A stretch of 64,000 nucleotides of DNA from IMG/VR virus record IMGVR_UViG_3300047557_002467, positions 1-64,000 of that record; one strand, 5' to 3'. Shown piece after piece: positions 27,547 to 35,095 of the stretch (its first letter is position 1; each line of letters begins with the position of its first letter). Below the pieces are notes generated by a model that was given only the letters and a program-made list of their open reading frames with translations, was not told the DNA's origin and searched no databases. The DNA is from a virus. The translations under genes were made by a program, and so were the position numbers.

Positions 27547-27759
27547 CTAATCTTTCTTAAGACCAAATTTGATATATTTGTACCAAACTCTTTCATGAAT
27601 ATAGTATTGGATAGGCTTATACACTAATTCCGCTACACCAAAAGCAGCACCTACCTTTACACTACCACTTACACCCCACATTATTATAAAACCAATAAGC
27701 GTACTTATCACTCTATAACTAACTGTCTTGGCTATATGTCGTTTCTTGCTTACTATCAT
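27547..27759 (-). CDS. DUF2061 small membrane protein
   Basis: RHIAKTVSYR...K...YYIHERVW signature. Confidence 0.85.
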   Translation of the reverse strand: MIVSKKRHIAKTVSYRVISTLIGFIIMWGVSGSVKVGAAFGVAELVYKPIQYYIHERVWYKYIKFGLKKD

Positions 27760-27989
27760 TTTACTATAACTACGTTTCCTTTCCAGACTATTTCATTTGC
27801 TTGACAACTAACATGATGTTTTTCAAGTTCCTGGTTTCTTATACTATCCCAAACTAGATCCTTTGTTGTATGGACAGGTATTTCAAATACCACATCTGAA
27901 CAAACATGCTCTTGTCCGTTGATTAATATTCTCCAGTAGTTACGATTGTCGGTACATTGAGTATTCCATCTTACCTTAACATCGATCAT
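27756..27989 (-). CDS. Hypothetical protein (77 aa) in the sulfation operon
   Basis: 4-nt overlaps with both neighbours. Confidence 0.7.
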   Translation of the reverse strand: MIDVKVRWNTQCTDNRNYWRILINGQEHVCSDVVFEIPVHTTKDLVWDSIRNQELEKHHVSCQANEIVWKGNVVIVK

Positions 27990-28384
27990 AACTTACCTTC
28001 TGCTTTCATTTGTTCACGAATCTTAGTAGCAGATATGTCATGAATCTCATCAGGTGGTACATGCTCGATTACATCATATCCAACACCTCTTCCAATATTT
28101 ACTGATTCAATGTCAGGAATGATCATTACCACGATTCTTCCTGCTTGGATTAGGTCTTTGAGTTCGTTGGCTACATTATCTAAAATCTGTACTGCTGTCC
28201 AAGGATTCTTTTCATCAGGTTCTACATCTCTTATACAAATAAGAACATTCTTTCCTTGATTTAATCTTTGATCAATTAACCAACGGTGACCAGCATGCCA
28301 CGGTTGCCACCTACCTATAAACATAGAATAGGTCTTGATACTTCTAGATGTCTGTGCTGTTGCTCTGGCTAGATAGGATTCCAT
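27986..28384 (-). CDS. HIGH-superfamily nucleotidyltransferase (cytidyltransferase-like; candidate minimal ATP sulfurylase)
   Basis: FIGRWQPWHAGH (HxGH) and ISATKIR motifs; overlaps the APS kinase gene. Confidence 0.75.
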   Translation of the reverse strand: MESYLARATAQTSRSIKTYSMFIGRWQPWHAGHRWLIDQRLNQGKNVLICIRDVEPDEKNPWTAVQILDNVANELKDLIQAGRIVVMIIPDIESVNIGRGVGYDVIEHVPPDEIHDISATKIREQMKAEGKL

Positions 28385-28796
28385 AAACGTGATTATTTAT
28401 TTTACCGACACATTCTTTTATTGATAATTTAGAAGTGTCTAAGTGTAATATACTTTCTTCTTTTGGTATTTCAAAATCTTTTACGTGAAAATTTTCTCTT
28501 CCTCTCTCACCTTCGTAGGTTAGATAAACCCATGCAACTTTCTTTGTAAGACTATTAAGATAGTCTCTTGCTTCTTTGTATGGATATACTAGAGACAATA
28601 TTACATCTTGACCAACACTATCCATATAGAAAGCAATATCACTTGCTCTATTTAAATTTTTTATTCTTCCTTCTCTACTGTAATCCTTATTTACAAATAA
28701 CTCTCTCAGCTTATCACCATCTATATTGTGTACTGGAAATTCGTTTGCTAGAGTTGACTTACCACAATGTGGTTGACCGAATAAAACTACTATCAT
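28344..28796 (-). CDS. cysC: Adenylyl-sulfate (APS) kinase
   Basis: P-loop GQPHCGKST, IDGDKLR, YSREGRIKNL, SLVYPY...R, FEIP. Confidence 0.8.
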   Translation of the reverse strand: MIVVLFGQPHCGKSTLANEFPVHNIDGDKLRELFVNKDYSREGRIKNLNRASDIAFYMDSVGQDVILSLVYPYKEARDYLNSLTKKVAWVYLTYEGERGRENFHVKDFEIPKEESILHLDTSKLSIKECVGKINNHVYGILSSQSNSTDI

Positions 28797-29755
28797 GATT
28801 TGTCTATCGCTTTATAGATGTCATTAATATCAAACATTTCACTTACGTCGTTGTAAGGACACTCGTGTACTACGCCGTCAAAAGAATAGTCAAACAAATA
28901 AGAGTCTACCATTTTAACATTTCCTTTTGGAGGTTTAGCTACAATATTGTTATGTAGGTCATATCCAAAGTTCTTAGGTGAAGTACCAACCCATAACACA
29001 GTTGATTTAAGTTTCATTGCTGCTGCTGCGTGTTGCAAACATGAATCAATTAACACTCTCTTCTCTGACAGGTTTAGAATAGAAAACAGTTCGTAGTTGG
29101 ACATTGGTTGGTTAATAAACTCCACACCTTGGATAGCATGTGCTGGATTTCTACCAATCTGTATAATGTGATATCTACTTTGATACCTATCAACAATGTT
29201 TTGTACTACACCATAAGGCATATCTCTTGTCCATGAGTAAACATTTTGTTGATCTAAAGGACCTCCGTTAGAGTGAATAACCATAACAGGTCTCTCTCTT
29301 CTCCAACTATGTTGAAATTCCTTTTGAATCATGTTAGGATAGAGAATAGGTTGTTGATTCTCATACTTAAGACCTAACAAATCACACCAGTTCTCAATCA
29401 CATGCTTTTTCTTCATGATGTGATCTGACTGAAAGTAAGGTTCATGCTTGAATACAATAGTGTCTTTGTCTTTAATAAAGTCATCATAAAAGTAAGAAGT
29501 CATACCTACCCTATATACCCTATGGATATCAGGGTGGTTCAAGAATACTTCTGGATAGGATACTACAAGAATTAACTTCCTGTCTGAATACTTCCTCTTT
29601 ACGTTGTTGATGATAGCAGTTGCTGCTACATTCTTTCCAAGACCACCCTCTATATGCCATACGACATACTTGGTGCTGTTGCTAGATTTGTCTTCCAAAA
29701 CTGTTAATTTTTCGTCTTTTAGTAAATCTGATTCTGTTTGAAACCCAACCTTCAT
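28793..29755 (-). CDS. Glycosyltransferase, GT9-like (GT-B fold)
   Basis: GGLGKNV, IIQIG, LIDSCLQHAAAA....STVLW. Confidence 0.78.
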   Translation of the reverse strand: MKVGFQTESDLLKDEKLTVLEDKSSNSTKYVVWHIEGGLGKNVAATAIINNVKRKYSDRKLILVVSYPEVFLNHPDIHRVYRVGMTSYFYDDFIKDKDTIVFKHEPYFQSDHIMKKKHVIENWCDLLGLKYENQQPILYPNMIQKEFQHSWRRERPVMVIHSNGGPLDQQNVYSWTRDMPYGVVQNIVDRYQSRYHIIQIGRNPAHAIQGVEFINQPMSNYELFSILNLSEKRVLIDSCLQHAAAAMKLKSTVLWVGTSPKNFGYDLHNNIVAKPPKGNVKMVDSYLFDYSFDGVVHECPYNDVSEMFDINDIYKAIDKS

Positions 29756-29760
29756 TTGTT

Positions 29761-30582
29761 TTATATTTGATAACCGAAATCATTAAAGAACCACCTGTAA
29801 TTATCTTCTATAATTTTGCAGGCATTTGGACCTAGCACGTCTAAGAAGTCGTTTTTTACTGGTTTTAGTTCTCCTCTAATTACATGGTCTCCAAATACAC
29901 CATACCACTTATCGTCTTCATGGGTTACTTGTGGTATGTTTATAAAGTCGTGTTTAAAATAAGGTAGTTCTAGGTATTCGTAGATCCTTTTCATTTGTGA
30001 TTCTGGGTCTAAACACAACTCTTCAAACTTCACAAATAGAATATTTTGATGTATACCCTGTACTAACACTTGATATAATCTATCCAATGCAGGACCAATA
30101 GGTGGGTTGTTAGACCAAACTATCATCCTCTTATCTGTAGTAGTACCTGTTAGGTTACCCCAGTTTGCAATGTGGTGGTCAGTAAGAGGGTTTTGTCGAT
30201 ATTTTTTCTCTAAAGATGCATAAATTGCTCTAATATCCCTAACCATGCAAATAATCTTTGGGTTTGGATCGTAGGCGTTTATGAAATCGTACTCTGAACT
30301 CCATCCTCTGCATTTATCTATAACGTAAGGCTTGTCGGTTAGAGGTTCATAGAATCCGTAGATAGCTCCTTTAAGTAGAGACTTCATACCTTTTTCCATT
30401 GTCTCTGAATCTTGAGCTTTAAACTCTAGTCCATCAGTATAAATGGTACGACATGCAGACAACACCTCATACAACCCCGAAGTTGGGGTAGTATGGATGT
30501 CTGGATTTTGTCCTAATATGTTTTGGATTAACGTTGAACCGGCACGCGGCAACGAACTGTTGTAGAAAATCTTCTTTGGCAT
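29761..30582 (-). CDS. PAPS-dependent sulfotransferase
   Basis: 5'-PSB SLPRAGSTL, IDK.R.W, 3'-PB VRDIRAIYAS, VKFEEL..DP...MKRIYEYL. Confidence 0.9.
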   Translation of the reverse strand: MPKKIFYNSSLPRAGSTLIQNILGQNPDIHTTPTSGLYEVLSACRTIYTDGLEFKAQDSETMEKGMKSLLKGAIYGFYEPLTDKPYVIDKCRGWSSEYDFINAYDPNPKIICMVRDIRAIYASLEKKYRQNPLTDHHIANWGNLTGTTTDKRMIVWSNNPPIGPALDRLYQVLVQGIHQNILFVKFEELCLDPESQMKRIYEYLELPYFKHDFINIPQVTHEDDKWYGVFGDHVIRGELKPVKNDFLDVLGPNACKIIEDNYRWFFNDFGYQI

Positions 30583-30602
30583 AACAAATTTTAAAACCTA
30601 AT

Positions 30603-30634
30603 TTAATATACTGAAAAGTTCTTATTAAAAGAAC
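30603..30634 (-). promoter_or_regulatory. Bacteroidota-type promoter variant GTTC-N20-TATATTAA driving the sulfotransferase operon
   Basis: N20 spacing with one mismatch in the -33 box. Confidence 0.5.
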
Positions 30635-30969
30635 ATTCCATTAACACTTCCTGATACTACAGCAACAACTTCAGTACCTTGAGCTTCTGCAATAGCCTCC
30701 AAAATAACTGAGTCATCTTGACCCCATGTAGTAATTGTATCACCAGAAAGAACTACGTTATCGGCGTATACTGATTTGAAGTCTACAACACTACCGCTTT
30801 CAAAAACACAGTTACCATACATTACTCTAAAGTTTACTTGGTTAGCACCAAGAACATATTGATTAGCAACAGCTGTAATGTAAGATCCAGTGATGAATTC
30901 TGGAGATGGATTAAAAAGTCCGTCTTGAGTTGCGATACTGATTACTGGGTTAATTTGTCCGAAAATCAT
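30625..30969 (-). CDS. Small putative virion protein (114 aa)
   Basis: Own TATTTAT motif (30994-31000); three TGS/SGS motifs; WG.DD..I pattern. Confidence 0.65.
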   Translation of the reverse strand: MIFGQINPVISIATQDGLFNPSPEFITGSYITAVANQYVLGANQVNFRVMYGNCVFESGSVVDFKSVYADNVVLSGDTITTWGQDDSVILEAIAEAQGTEVVAVVSGSVNGMFF

Positions 30970-31000
30970 AGTTTTTGTGTTTTTTCTTCTCTAATAAATA

Positions 31001-31618
31001 TCACAGTTTCTTAAATAGAATATCGAGTTGGAAGATAATTCCGTTGTATAATCCTGGAATTCTATGGTATTCTAGTATGTCTAGCATACAAAAGCCATAT
31101 TCTACCATTTTGTCTACAACTTCACCAATCAAAGGTGCTCCTTCATTGTATTCTACTAGAGATAGTTCTATTAGAACGTATGAAGTTCTTTTTAAAGTTT
31201 CTTCACCACCTTTCAATATATCTAGTTCTGAGCCTTGAACATCCACTTTGATTAGGTCTATAGGATCTCCAAAAAAGTAATTACGATTATCTAGAGTCTC
31301 AGTCTCTACTTCCACTGATTCGTACTTACCTTCACCATACCAATCAGTGTTTTCTTTATACAAGGACGCTCCTGTTCCTACTGGATTAATCTTTTCAACA
31401 TATAGATTTGCTTTTCCCTTCTTGTCAGACAGTGCTACAATATCGTAGGGTTTACCTAGCAGTCTTAGTGCCGGTCCGCAATTCTTATTTGCCTCAACCA
31501 TTATAACCCTACAAACTGGATTTCTGTAGTATAGCTGCTTTGTGAAGTTCCCAACGTGCGCTCCGATGTCGAGTGCTGTGTTTGGGACGATATACTTGAA
31601 AAGTTTATTCTGTTCCAT
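31001..31618 (-). CDS. FkbM-family methyltransferase
   Basis: LDIGAHVG, VEAN, LIKVDVQGSELDILKG, QLDILF. Confidence 0.9.
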   Translation of the reverse strand: MEQNKLFKYIVPNTALDIGAHVGNFTKQLYYRNPVCRVIMVEANKNCGPALRLLGKPYDIVALSDKKGKANLYVEKINPVGTGASLYKENTDWYGEGKYESVEVETETLDNRNYFFGDPIDLIKVDVQGSELDILKGGEETLKRTSYVLIELSLVEYNEGAPLIGEVVDKMVEYGFCMLDILEYHRIPGLYNGIIFQLDILFKKL

Positions 31619-32271
31619 AAATCATCGTTTAATAGTAATTCGTAGTAGCCTACTACATGTTCTACACTAGGACCTAAATAATCGTTGTTTAGAATCTCAA
31701 ACTTAATATCATCTTTCCAAAAAAAACTCATTTCGTAGATTTCTCTGTTAGGATCTCCAATTCCAACAAGTTCTGGTATGTGCTCTATAAAATTAAGCTT
31801 TGGCAAAGCTGTATAAACACCGTTCTTGAAAGTGTAAATCCACCTATGATGAATGTATCCGAGCCATGGTTGATCTGCAACCTTTGAAAGTTCTGCATAC
31901 TTGCTTGGTGTTGCTATGAAACCCTCCTTTGCTATTTTAGGCATCATCTTTAGAGTAAGAGCAGGTAATGCTAGGTCTTCCAAAGTATGAGAACATAAAC
32001 AAAAGTCAAATTTACCATTCTCTTCTACATACCTTTCTACTACTTTCCAATCATTTTCGTAGTTTAGATTAACTTTAAAAACCTTAATCCTACTGCTTTC
32101 AAAATCATTCATGTCTATTATGTAGTCAGTAAGATCATAGGACCAGTTTGTATAGTTTACTGATCCGCCTATATCTACAACCTTATAAGAAGAATTCTCT
32201 TTCTTCTTACTTCTAATATACTCTTTTACGTGTTCTCTTATGCCTGGAGATAATTGTATATTATAAACCAT
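31501..32271 (-). CDS. SAM-dependent methyltransferase-like protein
   Basis: VVDIGG, KFDFCLCSHTLED, GFIATPS, GYIHHRW. Confidence 0.75.
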   Translation of the reverse strand: MVYNIQLSPGIREHVKEYIRSKKKENSSYKVVDIGGSVNYTNWSYDLTDYIIDMNDFESSRIKVFKVNLNYENDWKVVERYVEENGKFDFCLCSHTLEDLALPALTLKMMPKIAKEGFIATPSKYAELSKVADQPWLGYIHHRWIYTFKNGVYTALPKLNFIEHIPELVGIGDPNREIYEMSFFWKDDIKFEILNNDYLGPSVEHVVGYYELLLNDDLWNRINFSSISSQTQHSTSERTLGTSQSSYTTEIQFVGL

Positions 32272-33166
32272 TTAAAAGATTTGTCCATTCATTAATTCTC
32301 GTATCCCAACTCCATCTCGGAGCATAAACTTGTTTTTGAAGTTCTAATTCATCATCTAATTTACCTATCTTAATTTTACTAATCTCGTCTTCTAGTATGT
32401 CTGCAAACACTTTTGCGTGTTTGTCTTTATCCATCAAATAAGGATACATTCTTGCCCATCCTTCTGTCGTTTCAGGTAATGCACCTAAATTAGAAGTTAC
32501 TACTCTCAGACCTGCTGATAGTGCTTCGATTACTGCAATGCACGATGTTTCTTCAAAGGTATTTGGATAGGCTAGGATATCAAAAGTAGGAAGCTCTTTT
32601 CTTAAGCTTTCATTTGTACTAAACCCTCTATAAACTATTCCTGGTGTATTTCTACACTCGTCAAATAAATCTTCGTAGTTACCTGCATTCGATATAGCAA
32701 AGTCTTTTCCATAGATCTTTGTACTCGAAAAAACATGCAGTTCACAATCTTTACTATCTATCAATTTCCAAGCCTTTATTAACACATCAAGACCTCGCCA
32801 AGGTGTTGAAATATAACACAACCTAACCTTATCTCTTTTACCTGGCTGTCTTTGTTCTACTCCTATGCATGCATTCTTAATTACTCTAGTTTTGTATCCT
32901 GGAATGTTGTAGATCTTTCTAAACATCTCTGCTTGCCAGTGCGATACGTATACAAACCTACTTATTTTCTCTACGTTAGCGGGATCAGATAGAAATTCTA
33001 CTGCTTTTTGATCGTATGATAACTGATTCCAATAAACTGTAGGCTTACTAAAATCAGCATACACAGGATAATTAAATATTGATATGTCATTTTTATAAGC
33101 TCGTGGTAGTCTACTCATGAGCTCTTCATACATAATCTCCGTACCACCCATTGGTTTATCAAGCAT
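32261..33166 (-). CDS. Glycosyltransferase, GT4-like (GT-B fold)
   Basis: MGGTE, YVSHWQ, YISTPWRGLDVL, YPNTFEETSCIAVIEALSAG..VVTSNLGALPET (EX7E). Confidence 0.9.
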   Translation of the reverse strand: MLDKPMGGTEIMYEELMSRLPRAYKNDISIFNYPVYADFSKPTVYWNQLSYDQKAVEFLSDPANVEKISRFVYVSHWQAEMFRKIYNIPGYKTRVIKNACIGVEQRQPGKRDKVRLCYISTPWRGLDVLIKAWKLIDSKDCELHVFSSTKIYGKDFAISNAGNYEDLFDECRNTPGIVYRGFSTNESLRKELPTFDILAYPNTFEETSCIAVIEALSAGLRVVTSNLGALPETTEGWARMYPYLMDKDKHAKVFADILEDEISKIKIGKLDDELELQKQVYAPRWSWDTRINEWTNLLNGL

Positions 33167-33815
33167 ATCCTATACTTTCTATGAATTTATTAAAATCACC
33201 TTTCCACTTCTTTGTTCCTATGTGATTAAGTGTAATAGTTGGATCTAGCCATACTTTATATCCCAAAGACTTCCATTTATTTCCAATAATATAGTCTTCT
33301 GAAATAAGGTCTCCGTTTTCAACTTTAATATCGCATATCATTCTATGCTCTTCACCTTCTGATAGGTACCCTTCGCTTATTTCCCAGAGGCTTTCTAATG
33401 CAAATCTTGATATTCTCATAAAGCCTGTACCTACCCCATCTACTTCAATGAGCTTTTTATCTTCAGACCATTTGAGCTTTTTATCCACAAGCTTTACTGT
33501 ATAACCTTCTTTTTCAGATTTCTTAACAAGTGCACCACCAACTATGTGTTCTGGTCTGTCTAATAATCTAAAGAACCACTCTGGTTCCCATTCACAGTCA
33601 GAATCAATAAAGAATAGATCGTCATAGTCACCAGTCAAGGCTAAACGAACTAAACTATTTCTTGCACGCTGAATGAGTGAATCGTAGGAAGTGTAAATTG
33701 CATGAACATGTATGCCTTTCTTTTCTGCAATCTTCACTGTCTGTATTAGTGAATTAGCAAACCATACATCAATTCTACCGTCGTAGGATGGTGTACCTAT
33801 CAAAACTCTTCTCAT
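33159..33815 (-). CDS. Glycosyltransferase, GT-A fold (GT2-like)
   Basis: IGTPSY, SLIQRARN, LFFIDSD (DxD), GTGFM.I.R, SEDY, LNHIG. Confidence 0.85.
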   Translation of the reverse strand: MRRVLIGTPSYDGRIDVWFANSLIQTVKIAEKKGIHVHAIYTSYDSLIQRARNSLVRLALTGDYDDLFFIDSDCEWEPEWFFRLLDRPEHIVGGALVKKSEKEGYTVKLVDKKLKWSEDKKLIEVDGVGTGFMRISRFALESLWEISEGYLSEGEEHRMICDIKVENGDLISEDYIIGNKWKSLGYKVWLDPTITLNHIGTKKWKGDFNKFIESIGYA

Positions 33816-33819
33816 AACT

Positions 33820-33851
33820 AGAATATAATAATTTTTTTAATTCAATCCAAC
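33820..33851 (-). promoter_or_regulatory. Bacteroidota-type promoter GTTG-N20-TATATTCT driving the glycosyltransferase operon
   Basis: Exact N20 spacing, intergenic. Confidence 0.7.
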
Positions 33852-33855
33852 TTTT

Positions 33856-35091
33856 TTACAGAGTACAAGCGATATTACAATTTGCATTACTTGGAGCTCC
33901 TGATAAATCTATACCATCGTCTGGAGGTACTGTAGAACTAATGACCTTATACACAAAACTGTCACCTATGTTATAGAAGTTGTTAATAGTTAAAGCTGTG
34001 CTACTAAATGCTACAAATGATTGAACATAAGCACAACTATTAGCACAATCGTGTTGATCTACATTATAATAGAAACCTGGTATAGTTGTAGTTGTGGTTG
34101 TAGTACTCGTAGTGGTAGTAGTAGTAGTAGTCGTGGTAGTTGTTGTGGTTGTAGGTATGTTTTGTGTTGAGTATCTACTATAAAACTCATCATATAGAAA
34201 TCCTATTTGTTGTACTGTTAAGGAACTCGTCCAAAAGGAAACAGAACCTATCCTATACCCACCATAACTTCCTTCTAGATTTCTTATACCCATTTTTATA
34301 TTATAACCTGTTGTAGCAGTTGGTATACTAGTACCAACAGAATCTGATGATACTTCTGAGTTGTTTACATAGGATTTAATTATTGGACTTGCTGGATTAG
34401 AGCAATCAAAGGTACCAACAAAATGCCACCAGTTATTAAGCAAATTATTGTCTGTATAGAAAGCTGATAAAGAGCTAACACTATCCTTCCATGAATTATT
34501 TTCTATACTAGAGTTATTAAAATTATTCCTAGTCTCTATTGTCATTCCATTTAAGGAAGAAGTGAAGCTATTCCAAGTATTTACTGCAAAAAGACCAGCA
34601 TTAGTATTAAGTCCCGCAAAAGTTATATTCGTAGGAAGAAACATTATGCTTACAGTCCAATTAGATCCTGAAAGATTAGGTCCTGCATTAACCCAGAAAC
34701 TTTGGCTTGCAATACTAGTTGAATTTAATTCGTAGTATGATGCTGTTCCAAAGCTTCCGGTTCTAACAGAACCGGTTTGTATTAAATTATACGCTGATCC
34801 TCCGTTACCTATATTAACTGCAGTAATTCCATCGTAGCTACTACTATACGGATCGTATTTTATAAGGGCTTCTGGAAGAGAGCTAAATGACCCAGCCGTA
34901 TATCCATACCAAGAACTGAAGCTATGTGGTGGTGCTTGAGTTAAACTACCACTCTGACCTCCTAAATACACCAACGATCCTACAGTAGGTGTTGATGCGC
35001 CTGCAAATATAGAATTAGCAGCATTAAATGCTTTACCTACTTCTACACTAAACATACTCATTGATAACGGTCCTGAAGATGGGATTGGCAT
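33856..35091 (-). CDS. LamG/concanavalin-like virion protein with poly-Thr linker and Cys-rich tip
   Basis: MPIPSSGPLSMS N-terminus; WWHFVGTFD...YVN...IGSVSFW..SLT LamG pattern; T-run; C-terminal cysteines. Confidence 0.75.
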   Translation of the reverse strand: MPIPSSGPLSMSMFSVEVGKAFNAANSIFAGASTPTVGSLVYLGGQSGSLTQAPPHSFSSWYGYTAGSFSSLPEALIKYDPYSSSYDGITAVNIGNGGSAYNLIQTGSVRTGSFGTASYYELNSTSIASQSFWVNAGPNLSGSNWTVSIMFLPTNITFAGLNTNAGLFAVNTWNSFTSSLNGMTIETRNNFNNSSIENNSWKDSVSSLSAFYTDNNLLNNWWHFVGTFDCSNPASPIIKSYVNNSEVSSDSVGTSIPTATTGYNIKMGIRNLEGSYGGYRIGSVSFWTSSLTVQQIGFLYDEFYSRYSTQNIPTTTTTTTTTTTTTTTSTTTTTTTIPGFYYNVDQHDCANSCAYVQSFVAFSSTALTINNFYNIGDSFVYKVISSTVPPDDGIDLSGAPSNANCNIACTL

Positions 35092-35095
35092 AACC

